DNA from: a virus
Lineage: Duplodnaviria; Caudoviricetes
Length of the DNA: 24,642 nucleotides
Reading direction: 5' to 3' (one strand)
Virus record (IMG/VR): IMGVR_UViG_3300027533_000087
Span: 1-24,642 of that record
The position numbers and the translations under genes are program-made. Positions 7,589-16,333 of the stretch are shown here, piece by piece. The stretch's first letter is position 1; each line of letters begins with the position of its first letter. Under the pieces are notes generated by a model. That model was not told the origin of the DNA, made no database searches, and worked only from the letters and a program-made list of their open reading frames with translations.

Positions 7589-8155
7589 ATGCGAAAGATC
7601 TTTAACAAGACTGAACCAGTACTGCAAGCGAAACCTGTCCAGGAAAGGAAACCTCGCATGCCCGCAGTAAAGGTGATAGTGGAATCCCCCTTCGGGTCTG
7701 ACGATATTGAGATCCGTAAGGCCAATGTCTCGTATGTGAGGGACGCCTGCCGGGACTGTGTGAGAAGGGGCGAGAACCCCTTTGCATCACACCTGTTCTA
7801 CACGCAGTTCATGGATGATGCTGACCCCGCTGATAGATCGTTAGGGATTCAGCTCGGCTATGACCGCTGGACCGACGCAGACTCTATCGTGTTCTATCTG
7901 GACCTCGGCATGAGCCCCGGAATGCAGAAGGCCCTGTGCCATGCCTTCGCCCTCGGCATTCACATAGAACGCCGTTGGCTAGGTCGCAATCTGGTGGCTC
8001 GCCCTGTTGAGAATGGCCGCTCGATTGAGGAAATCATGAATGACTTTGCTAAGGAGCTTGCCCCTGATGCCGTGGATCAAGACGCACGAACTGACAGAAC
8101 AGAAGATCGCGTCCCTGAGGGAGTCGGATCGGGAGTCGATATACAACGGCCTTGA
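7589..8155 (+). CDS. Nucleoside 2-deoxyribosyltransferase-like (DUF4406/DUF7768-like) protein
   Basis: VIVESPF, RGENPFASHLFYTQF.DD, GI..G, D.IVFYLDLGMSPGM pattern typical of this Rossmann-like phage family; family label is from recall. Confidence 0.7.
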   Translation: MRKIFNKTEPVLQAKPVQERKPRMPAVKVIVESPFGSDDIEIRKANVSYVRDACRDCVRRGENPFASHLFYTQFMDDADPADRSLGIQLGYDRWTDADSIVFYLDLGMSPGMQKALCHAFALGIHIERRWLGRNLVARPVENGRSIEEIMNDFAKELAPDAVDQDARTDRTEDRVPEGVGSGVDIQRP

Positions 8156-9593
8156 TTGTTGCATCACTTTCGAGGTCTTTGAGAAAGTCAAAGAGGAACT
8201 CGTCAAGCAGAACGATCCCTCTGCCAGACTTATATACGATTTCGAAAGGGGCATGTGTGGCCCCGCACTGGACATGATGCAGAGGGGTTTCAAAATCGAC
8301 ACCTATCAGCGTAATGTCCAGATCTCCCGACTAGAGAAAGAAGTCGTCAAGGTAGAAGGTATACTGAATCAGTATGGAATGGCTACCTGGGAGAAGCCGA
8401 TCAAGGCTAGAAGCCCGTTCCTGAAAGAGCTGTTCTATACCTTCTATAATCTGCCTGAGCAATTCAGATTTGATAAGGGTGAGAGAAAGGTCACAGTCAA
8501 CAGGGAGGCACTGGAAAAGCTCAGTGCTTATCATCATGTACTTCCCATCATCAATGCGATACTCACTGTACGAGATACGGCAAAGCTCCTTTCTACAATC
8601 AGGACAGAAATTGACCCTGACGGTCGTATGCGTACCAGTTACAATGTGGCTGGAACTGAAACGGGACGCTGGTCATCGTCGTCGTCTGTCTTTGGCTCAG
8701 GCACTAATCTACAAAACATCACTAACGAAGTTCGACGAATGTTCATTGCAGATGAAGGTAAAGTCCTCTGCAACATCGACGAAGAACAAGCAGAGTCCAG
8801 GGTGATGGGACTACTGATGTGGTCACTGATAGGTGATCCATCTTACCTGCTTGCCAATGAGTCCGGCGATGTCCATACTGCTGTCGCCAGGCTCTGCTGG
8901 CCACACCTTCCTTGGAACGGGGAGATTCTTCATGACAGGGAAGTCGCGGAACGCCCATTCTATCGCCATTTCTCATACAGAGACATGTCCAAGCGGGGCG
9001 GCCATCTCACTAATTATTATGGCACGCCGCCAACGATGGCTCGTAATCTCAAGATTGAGGAGAAAGTCGCCGCGGAGTTTCAACTTGCTTATTTCAAGGC
9101 TTTTCCGGGGCTTCGAGAATATCACCACTGGGTTGCGAGGGAGATCGGGCTTCATCAGGAACTCACTACTCCGCTGGGACGACGCCGGATTTTCTTTGGT
9201 CGTCCAGGTGACGATGCTACCCTCCGTGAAGCTATCGCCTACATTCCGCAAAGCACTGTTGGAGATATTCTTAACTGTGCTTTGTGGCGTATTTGGAGAT
9301 ATTGCCCGGAAGCGCAGTTACTCGCGCAGGTACATGACTCAATATGCTTTCAGTCTGACGAATCAGATCTACCAAGGGCCATCGCAAATGCTCGAAGACT
9401 TGCTACCTTCCCCTTGCGTATGAATGGGAAGGCACTAGTTATTCCAGTCGATGCCAAAGTGGGCTGGAACTGGGCGGACGAGACGATCAAAACTTCTAGA
9501 GGCAAAGTGCACAACCCTAACGGGTTATCGAAATGGAAAGGATCACTGGCAGGACGTAAACGTCTGTCAGGTGTCCATAGCATGGTGGCATAG
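8067..9593 (+). CDS. polA: Family A DNA polymerase (ExoIII helix + polymerase domain); start reassigned to ATG 8067
   Basis: AAGGAG at 8051-8056 before ATG 8067; YNGLD (ExoIII), GTETGRWSS, NLQNI, motif A DEEQAESR, motif B RDMSKRGGHLTNYYG, PQSTVGD, motif C QVHDSI. Confidence 0.95.
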   Translation: MPWIKTHELTEQKIASLRESDRESIYNGLDCCITFEVFEKVKEELVKQNDPSARLIYDFERGMCGPALDMMQRGFKIDTYQRNVQISRLEKEVVKVEGILNQYGMATWEKPIKARSPFLKELFYTFYNLPEQFRFDKGERKVTVNREALEKLSAYHHVLPIINAILTVRDTAKLLSTIRTEIDPDGRMRTSYNVAGTETGRWSSSSSVFGSGTNLQNITNEVRRMFIADEGKVLCNIDEEQAESRVMGLLMWSLIGDPSYLLANESGDVHTAVARLCWPHLPWNGEILHDREVAERPFYRHFSYRDMSKRGGHLTNYYGTPPTMARNLKIEEKVAAEFQLAYFKAFPGLREYHHWVAREIGLHQELTTPLGRRRIFFGRPGDDATLREAIAYIPQSTVGDILNCALWRIWRYCPEAQLLAQVHDSICFQSDESDLPRAIANARRLATFPLRMNGKALVIPVDAKVGWNWADETIKTSRGKVHNPNGLSKWKGSLAGRKRLSGVHSMVA

Positions 9594-10798
9594 TGTCGGG
9601 GCAGGATGAGGATTGGCTCAATGGCTTCCTAGATCACACGTCAGGCATACCCAGTCCAGAAGTCTTTCGCTTATGGTCTGGTATTGCCACGATTGCAGGG
9701 GCCTTGGAGAGAAGAGTCTGGGTTCGGCTGGCTGGGAAACCTGTGTTCCCCAACATGTATGCTCTGTTGGTAGGTATCCCAGCCACCGGCAAGTCCCAGG
9801 CGATTGAACACACAACAGAGTTGTGGCACGGAATATCTGAACTCCACATGGCGCCTCATGATGTCACGAAAGCGTCTCTCGTCGACAGCCTTGATAAAGC
9901 AGCAAGAAAAATGGTCTTGCAGACTGGTAATGGGGGCACTACTCTACTTGAGTACAATAGTCTCCTGGTGCCTGCTGACGAGTTTGGGGTACTAATGCCC
10001 AGTCATGACCTAGAGTTCCTGTCTACCCTTAACAGGATCTATGACAATCCACCTGCGCATAGACAGGAGCGACGCTCTTTGAAGAAGCCTATCGACATCA
10101 TCAATCCTCAGCTCAATATCATAGCTGGGGTACAGCCTGCTTACTTGGCTAATCTCTTGCCCGAAGAAGCCTGGGCAATGGGGTTCATGAGTCGCGTGAT
10201 TATGATCTACTCAAGAGATAAACAGAAAGTCCAACTCTTTAAGCCTAACGGAAAGCCCTACGAAGTGAACCAGAATCTACTTCGTAGGTTGCGCGACATG
10301 ACCAAGATGTATGGGGAGGTGACTTTCGATGCAGCAGCCACCGCTGAATTTGAACGCTGGTATGACAAAGGCTGCGATCCGATCCCGGAGCATTCTCGCC
10401 TCGAACACTATAATGGCAGAAGGCTGCTCCACGTCGCTAAGCTTTCTCTGGTGGCAGCTGTATCGGCCGGACGTAAGTTTATCTCGTTACAAGACTTCGG
10501 TCGCGCTAGGGATTGGATGCTCGATGCTGAGGTACGAATGCCAGACGTCTTTAGAGAGATGACTCAACACTCCGATATCCAGCTCATCCAAGAACTACAC
10601 TTCTTCGCATGGCAACAGTGGATCAAAGATAGGAGACCCCTCCATGAATCAAGACTCATCAACTTTCTTGCAGCACGTGCCCCGTCGGAGAGGATCCCGC
10701 GAATCCTTGACATTGCCGTTAGGGCTAACATCTTCGACAGGGACGCCGGGTCGGGCTCTTTCCGCCCTCGCCCTAAAAATGAGCATGGCCTGGAGTAA
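9593..10798 (+). CDS. Putative replicative helicase (DUF3987-like P-loop NTPase with C-terminal winged-helix-like region)
   Basis: GTG start overlapping pol stop; PNMYALLVGIPATGKSQA (Walker A), ADEFG (Walker B), GFMSRVI (arginine finger-like). Confidence 0.78.
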   Translation: MSGQDEDWLNGFLDHTSGIPSPEVFRLWSGIATIAGALERRVWVRLAGKPVFPNMYALLVGIPATGKSQAIEHTTELWHGISELHMAPHDVTKASLVDSLDKAARKMVLQTGNGGTTLLEYNSLLVPADEFGVLMPSHDLEFLSTLNRIYDNPPAHRQERRSLKKPIDIINPQLNIIAGVQPAYLANLLPEEAWAMGFMSRVIMIYSRDKQKVQLFKPNGKPYEVNQNLLRRLRDMTKMYGEVTFDAAATAEFERWYDKGCDPIPEHSRLEHYNGRRLLHVAKLSLVAAVSAGRKFISLQDFGRARDWMLDAEVRMPDVFREMTQHSDIQLIQELHFFAWQQWIKDRRPLHESRLINFLAARAPSERIPRILDIAVRANIFDRDAGSGSFRPRPKNEHGLE

Positions 10799-10901
10799 CG
10801 GGGGCTGCCGGTGTCCGCTGAATCGCACGACCTGGCACGAACACCCAGATGGGAGTATTTACTGGAAGTTGGGGCGGAAGGTTCCTCTGCGGAATTATTG
10901 A
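10785..10901 (+). CDS. Possible 38-aa protein with CxC and HxH motifs
   Basis: Overlaps helicase end and fills the gap to the convergent junction; no clear RBS. Confidence 0.3.
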   Translation: MAWSNGGCRCPLNRTTWHEHPDGSIYWKLGRKVPLRNY

Positions 10902-10909
10902 TTATCAAT
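10897..10909. promoter_or_regulatory. AT-rich palindrome ATTGAT-T-ATCAAT, copy 1 (early/late convergence point)
   Basis: Identical 13-mer recurs at 22350-22362; both copies lie at transcription-unit boundaries. Confidence 0.6.
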
Positions 10910-10922
10910 TAACCCCGGTGAA

Positions 10923-13900
10923 CTACTCCTTCGGCAGGTTCTGTGCCGCTGCCCTCGCCGCTGCATCGTCCTGATGCCGTTGGATAGCTGACTGATAGAG
11001 GGGAATATCTCCAGGCCGCATCGTCCGCTCTATCACATCCAGTCTGCGACGATTGGTTTCTCTCACGCCCTCGCTGATAACCTTGCTGATGTCCACTCCC
11101 CAGACTGTAGCTTGGCGCATAATCAGGCCCATCTGCTCGCCTCGCCCAGACTGCTGTGCGTCGGCCCAGGCGTTGCCGAGTTTTGTCTCTGCCGCTTTGA
11201 GACTCGCATGGCGAGAGTACAGTTCTTGACTGATCTGTGTAGCCCTGTCCAGTTCCACCGGATTGAAGCCAAACGTGTAGAAGAACCTACTCATCGGAGT
11301 CATGTTCTTTAGCTGGGGTCTATCCGTTCCCATCTGGATGATAGAGCCAGGTTCACTAAACGCCCCAAATGCCCGATACATAGTGGTCGGGGCAAATGCC
11401 CTTATCAGCATCTGCTTAGTGTTGACGTCTTGCGCTGGATGCACGCCTGTTGCACCATAGTGATCGAAGGCCGCTCCTGCCAATTTGCTAATCTGCTTCA
11501 TCCTGTCGTAGGCTACGACACCAAAGAGCTGTGATGCATCTCTTGTAGGGTTTGCCAATGGTGTAGCGACGTTGCTGTAGAGGCTGATCCCAGTCATCGC
11601 TGCCGGGAGGCCATACAGCACTCCATCCGCCCCTGAGCCCATTTGATCGTAGGCTAGTTCGGTCGCACTTTTCCCACTCCAGGCTTTGCTGAATTGGTTC
11701 GCTGCCCACCATGTCGGGGTGGCTGCCAGTCCTCCAAGCGTAAAGGTTCCGGCGGTCTGCCACATGAGGGGACTCCAGTTTCCATGGCGGAGTCCTTCTC
11801 CAGTGTACTCCAATGTAGCTCCCATGAAATGGAATAGCCAGTTTTTGAACAGACCCATCGAACTCCCGAGAGGTGTAGTAAAGATCTTGGGACGATCGCT
11901 AGCTGCATACATATACATAGTGTTTTCTGTGAATTCTTTTGCAAATTTGTATATCTCCTCTTGATTGAGTGATTGCCCGGCTTTAGTCTTGAGAAAGTCT
12001 CTCGCCGCGATATAGCCATTAGTAAAGGCTTGAGTCCTGGCGAAGTTTTCTGAATGTTTCGGCATCCATTCTGACACCGCTCTTACCCAGCCCCCGAAAC
12101 CACCGGCACTGGAGAAAGCCTTTTTCAGGTCCGTCACGGAGGAGGCATTCGCCCCCACATACTCCTCGACCATCTTCGGGTCCAGCACCCTCTCCGTCAT
12201 TGCTCGTCCGTAAGCATGAGAGAGTTCTGGAGAGGGGCTTTTCATCTCCTTGAAAGAGTGATAGATCATCTTGACGGGGTTCAGCACCGCCATTCCACCG
12301 ACAGGGCCATTGGTGCCGCCGGCTGCAAAATGGCTATACCTCGGTGCCAAGTGTTCAGGTAGAGTCTTGCCCATGACAAAGGCGTTTTCTGGAATGACGT
12401 TCTGGATAAACGTCAGGGCATTCAATATCGGAAACGAGATTTTGCCAAAGCCAAGCTGTAGATTGAAGAGCGCTGTATTGGTGTTCCGTACTATCGTCGT
12501 TGCACTGTTCTGTCCAAGTATTGGTGCCAATACACTATCCACTACCTGGTTCTGCAAGACTTCAAACTTCGATGGCTGCCCAGCGTAAGCATCTTTCCTA
12601 GACTGCAACATGCGATAGACAGCTGGATCTTCACGCTGGATGCGCTCTAATCCTGCCCCGAACACGTCGTCCACAGCCATGCCAGCTTGATACTTCTGCT
12701 GTGCGCGGAGCTGCTCATCCATGGACTTGATGAATTCTTCTCTCGTGAACGGCTTAGTGTCGTAAGAGAACCCCCTCAATCCCTGCTTCTCCAGCATGAA
12801 GCTCGGGGCAAACACTACCGGCTTGACATCGGCGGGCAGATTGCCCTGGCTGATCTGGTAGTCCTTGTCGATTTTCCAGCCGGGGTTCTTGGCAACCAGT
12901 TCATCAGCGTTGGCTAGTGCCGCTTTCCTGTTCGGTCCTCCCGCCTGCGCCACGATTTCGTCAGATTCGTTCTTGATGATGACCCTGGTATCACCCTCCC
13001 ACTTCCGTGCCAAGCCAAGATGCCCCGTCGGCGTTTCTGTGGGGGTTTTGCCGACAGCGTTCTCTGCCTTACCTATCCCAGCTTTCACGAACTCGTTAAC
13101 CCTCTCCAATTCCCATACTAGCTTGTTCACTTCCGGATTGAACAAGTAGTCTGTCTCAGGAGTATGCCCCTTGGCCTTCTTGATTTCGTTAATCTTGTCG
13201 GTTGTGAGTCCCTCCCTCCAGATCCTGTGAAACTTGGGAAAGTTCTCCTCCGATACAGACATTACAGCATCACGGACAGGCGTAAATCCCAATGCCCCTG
13301 TCTGCTGTTTGGTGAGTCCTGCCAGAAGAAGGTTCTTCCCAGGATCTACCTTGGTTTCGCCGTACATCAGCTTCTGAACCATAGTCTCAGCGTTTTCGTA
13401 TGTAGTTTTTACCCCATTCATGAGCCAATTCGCCCGCGGCGAGTTCTTGAACTGGAACTGCCTCGGCGCAAGGTATTCCCTGATGACTTCCTTGGCCCTT
13501 GCGAATACTTCTGACCCTTTCCCTACTATTCCCTCAGGTAGTAGTTTATCAATCGACTTACTGATGCGATCTGGTGCCCCACCCAAGGCTCTGGCATTGT
13601 CCAAGGGGAACATTTCTGTATAGCCCTTGGCGGAATTGTAGATCGCTCCACCATCTGCTGCGACGTTGGCCCCAGGAATCCACGAATTCTGCGCCACTGT
13701 GGATTTTGCCCAGAGATCTGGCCCAGGCAAGAACTTCCCAGGCTGGTCAGTTTTCCACAGTACCCATTCGTCGGTCTTATCCCCCTTTCCGGGCTTGCCA
13801 GCGATCTTCCTCGCCATCAGGAACATGCCATCGTCAGCCTCCCTCGACATAAAGGTATCGGCACTGACAGGACTCATGTTCTTGGTAAGGTTCTCATCGA

Positions 13901-14870
13901 TACTTCCTGGAACCTTGCTGTTCTTGACCTTTGTCGAGTCGAACTTGACATGGCGGAAGTACTGCCCGAACTCCTCGAAGCCGTCAGTAAAGCCTGCTCT
14001 GTTGGCTGCGTCTTTCCACTCAGCTGCTGAACTAAAATTCCTTGACTGTCCAACAGCGAAAGCCCTTTTCTCCAGAAAGTTCTTCGGGTTGTGATCCTGT
14101 ATTCTCATAAGCCTGTTAAATTGTTTCTGCAACTCTCTAGTATCTGCTCCTGGCAAGAATGTCGGATCAATATCTCCAACATAACGACTAGTTCCCGACA
14201 GTGCTTCGCCACGAGCATTGCGTAGGGTCTCGAATAGGAGGCTATTCGCCCTGTCCAGATCATCACCTTGCAGCTTCCCACTCGCAATGATCTCCCGCAT
14301 CTTTCTAGCTTGTAGCGAAAGTGGCATTGCGAGGTCTATGCCAGGGAACGTGCTGGCTACTTTTGATAGGTTCCGCTGCCCACCAGCAGTTATCGCCCCA
14401 ATGATGCCTCCGATTCCGCCAGCCCCGGCGATGCCTAGCGCACCTTCAAAGGCCATGTCTCCGAATGACTTATCTCCTACTCCGGGGAGCTGACTTATGC
14501 CGACCCTTCCCACTTCGAAGGGCGCAATCTTCAGCGCCTCCCTCGCAGCAGTTGTCAGTGCGGGGTGCTTCTGTAGGTTCCCTACTGCATTGAGAGCTTG
14601 CCCGAACTTCGGCACCATACTGGCAGCTTTGTACCAGCCCAGATACGGTACAGCAAAGCCGCCGAGTTGACTAACAACTCCGCTGATAGGATTGTCCTGC
14701 CTAAACTCTTGAGTCGTTGTAGATGGAGTTATGCCGATGAGTTCTGGAATACTCTCCAGCGCACTCTTGCCAAAGCTCATCCCCCAGTCAATGACACTAT
14801 CCCCAGAGCTTTTGGGATCGTCAATGCTGCCTGCAAGGAATGGATCTTTAGGTGCCATGTCTGTACTCAA
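10923..14870 (-). CDS. Large internal virion (ejection) protein, 1315 aa
   Basis: Largest ORF, last of the virion arm after two Gly/Ala/Gln-rich proteins, as in podovirus ejectosome gene order; no catalytic motif recognised. Confidence 0.65.
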   Translation of the reverse strand: MSTDMAPKDPFLAGSIDDPKSSGDSVIDWGMSFGKSALESIPELIGITPSTTTQEFRQDNPISGVVSQLGGFAVPYLGWYKAASMVPKFGQALNAVGNLQKHPALTTAAREALKIAPFEVGRVGISQLPGVGDKSFGDMAFEGALGIAGAGGIGGIIGAITAGGQRNLSKVASTFPGIDLAMPLSLQARKMREIIASGKLQGDDLDRANSLLFETLRNARGEALSGTSRYVGDIDPTFLPGADTRELQKQFNRLMRIQDHNPKNFLEKRAFAVGQSRNFSSAAEWKDAANRAGFTDGFEEFGQYFRHVKFDSTKVKNSKVPGSIDENLTKNMSPVSADTFMSREADDGMFLMARKIAGKPGKGDKTDEWVLWKTDQPGKFLPGPDLWAKSTVAQNSWIPGANVAADGGAIYNSAKGYTEMFPLDNARALGGAPDRISKSIDKLLPEGIVGKGSEVFARAKEVIREYLAPRQFQFKNSPRANWLMNGVKTTYENAETMVQKLMYGETKVDPGKNLLLAGLTKQQTGALGFTPVRDAVMSVSEENFPKFHRIWREGLTTDKINEIKKAKGHTPETDYLFNPEVNKLVWELERVNEFVKAGIGKAENAVGKTPTETPTGHLGLARKWEGDTRVIIKNESDEIVAQAGGPNRKAALANADELVAKNPGWKIDKDYQISQGNLPADVKPVVFAPSFMLEKQGLRGFSYDTKPFTREEFIKSMDEQLRAQQKYQAGMAVDDVFGAGLERIQREDPAVYRMLQSRKDAYAGQPSKFEVLQNQVVDSVLAPILGQNSATTIVRNTNTALFNLQLGFGKISFPILNALTFIQNVIPENAFVMGKTLPEHLAPRYSHFAAGGTNGPVGGMAVLNPVKMIYHSFKEMKSPSPELSHAYGRAMTERVLDPKMVEEYVGANASSVTDLKKAFSSAGGFGGWVRAVSEWMPKHSENFARTQAFTNGYIAARDFLKTKAGQSLNQEEIYKFAKEFTENTMYMYAASDRPKIFTTPLGSSMGLFKNWLFHFMGATLEYTGEGLRHGNWSPLMWQTAGTFTLGGLAATPTWWAANQFSKAWSGKSATELAYDQMGSGADGVLYGLPAAMTGISLYSNVATPLANPTRDASQLFGVVAYDRMKQISKLAGAAFDHYGATGVHPAQDVNTKQMLIRAFAPTTMYRAFGAFSEPGSIIQMGTDRPQLKNMTPMSRFFYTFGFNPVELDRATQISQELYSRHASLKAAETKLGNAWADAQQSGRGEQMGLIMRQATVWGVDISKVISEGVRETNRRRLDVIERTMRPGDIPLYQSAIQRHQDDAAARAAAQNLPKE

Positions 14871-16324
14871 TTAGTGGGTGGAGTTGCCGCCGGCTGTCTC
14901 GGTTGTCCCTGTTCATCAAGATCGTAGACCGTTTCCTGTCCACTGCGTAGAAGCATTGCAGCGCCAATGTTCTGCCTGGTTGCCCTCTCCAGCCACGTCC
15001 CTGCCATAATATCTTGATTAGCTTGCAGGATTGCTGCAACACGCTGATACATCTGACGAGAGTATTCGTCTGGCTTTGCCAGGAGACCAGGATTGAACTG
15101 CTGCAGTTCCCTTTTCGCAGTCTCTACAGCATTGGCATAGTGATTACCAAATACAGCTTGTCCTGTACCACGGTTCACTACTTGTGACACAGCCAGTTGC
15201 ATCATTGCGGCTCTTCCGAGGACAGGATTATCGTTGTACATGCTCGCCATGTATTGTGCCTGCATGAGTTCTGGTCCAGGGCCTGCTGGCGAACCAGTTA
15301 GCACTTTATAGATTTCTGCTATTCTGTCCGACTGTGCTATCGCAGGTTTTGTCTCATGGAAAGAGATTCTGTTCTGCCCAGTAGCGGCGTCAGGCTGCCT
15401 GATGATTACGCCATTAGGTGCACTGGTGACAGTCGGCTGATTAAGCCCAGCCACTTCGAGTTGATGCTTATATGCAGCAAGCTTATTTGCGATGTTGGTG
15501 TCATAAGTTCTCTGCGCATTCTCATAAAGTATTTTATTGTTCTCCTTGTCGTTTTCGTGTGTCAGTCTCGTCTGGTCCATACTCACGCCGGCGCGATTGC
15601 GGGCATACTCCGCCCCCTGACGAGAGCTTTCGGCAAAGCCTTTACTCGCCCCCGCACCCATACTGGCAAGGACTTCTGAGAAGGTCGGAGCTACAGCGAA
15701 CTCTCTCTGTGGCCCTACCTGACTTAATCCACCCAGTACTGCCGCCAGTTGCCCACTTGGAGTTGGGGCCGATTTATTCAGCCATTCTTCTGTCCTGCTG
15801 AAGTCGATTGCAGGATTCTGTCCTCTCGCAGGTGGCGGTGGCAGCTCTGGCGGTGCCGGTAGTGTCTGCTGCGGAAACGATGCTATTGCCTGTCCACCTA
15901 GCCCAGGGCCACTAGTGGTGCTTCTCGTAGCGATTGGCCTGACTACAGGATTGCCGGAGCTTGGCACTGGGGGAACCGCCTCCCTTGTCGGGAGCGCAGG
16001 CGGATTCAACGCCTTGTTGGCGCCGTAGAAAGGAACGAATATAGTTTTCAATACGTCTGCTGTGGTACCGCTCAGTGATTTCAACCAGTCCGGCGCTGGC
16101 AGAGGATTCGCCATGCCACCTGCTTCTGGCGTGCCAGTGCCGCCCAAGAAGGCTGCAACCCTTTTCAGCGGATCTGCTAAACTAGCGCCAGCATCAGCAA
16201 CTGGATCAGTTTTAGGCCTGTTTTCCGGACTGAACAGCCTCTGCAAAAGAGCTGTTATCGGATCAAAGGCACTCGACGCCGGAGGCGGATTGCCTCTGCC
16301 ATAGGGGCGATACTGGTCGCTCAT
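14867..16324 (-). CDS. Putative internal virion/DNA ejection protein, 485 aa
   Basis: AGGAG RBS; Pro/Ala/Gln-rich low-complexity protein; position in module. Confidence 0.6.
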   Translation of the reverse strand: MSDQYRPYGRGNPPPASSAFDPITALLQRLFSPENRPKTDPVADAGASLADPLKRVAAFLGGTGTPEAGGMANPLPAPDWLKSLSGTTADVLKTIFVPFYGANKALNPPALPTREAVPPVPSSGNPVVRPIATRSTTSGPGLGGQAIASFPQQTLPAPPELPPPPARGQNPAIDFSRTEEWLNKSAPTPSGQLAAVLGGLSQVGPQREFAVAPTFSEVLASMGAGASKGFAESSRQGAEYARNRAGVSMDQTRLTHENDKENNKILYENAQRTYDTNIANKLAAYKHQLEVAGLNQPTVTSAPNGVIIRQPDAATGQNRISFHETKPAIAQSDRIAEIYKVLTGSPAGPGPELMQAQYMASMYNDNPVLGRAAMMQLAVSQVVNRGTGQAVFGNHYANAVETAKRELQQFNPGLLAKPDEYSRQMYQRVAAILQANQDIMAGTWLERATRQNIGAAMLLRSGQETVYDLDEQGQPRQPAATPPTN

Positions 16325-16333
16325 TGTCAGCTC

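Noticed and set aside
7585-8066. Intron, intein or ribosomal bypass joining UDG-Exo to the polymerase
   Set aside because: No group I/II intron or intein hallmarks recognised, the insert encodes an NDT-like protein rather than a homing endonuclease, the gap (about 480 nt) is far longer than known bypasses, and the polymerase has its own RBS and ATG
10897-10909. FNR/FixK box
   Set aside because: The FNR consensus needs TTGAT-N4-ATCAA; the spacer here is 1 nt
10923-14870. Virion RNA polymerase or lytic transglycosylase domain in the 1315-aa protein
   Set aside because: No polymerase or lysozyme catalytic motifs recognised by eye; a profile search would be needed to exclude them
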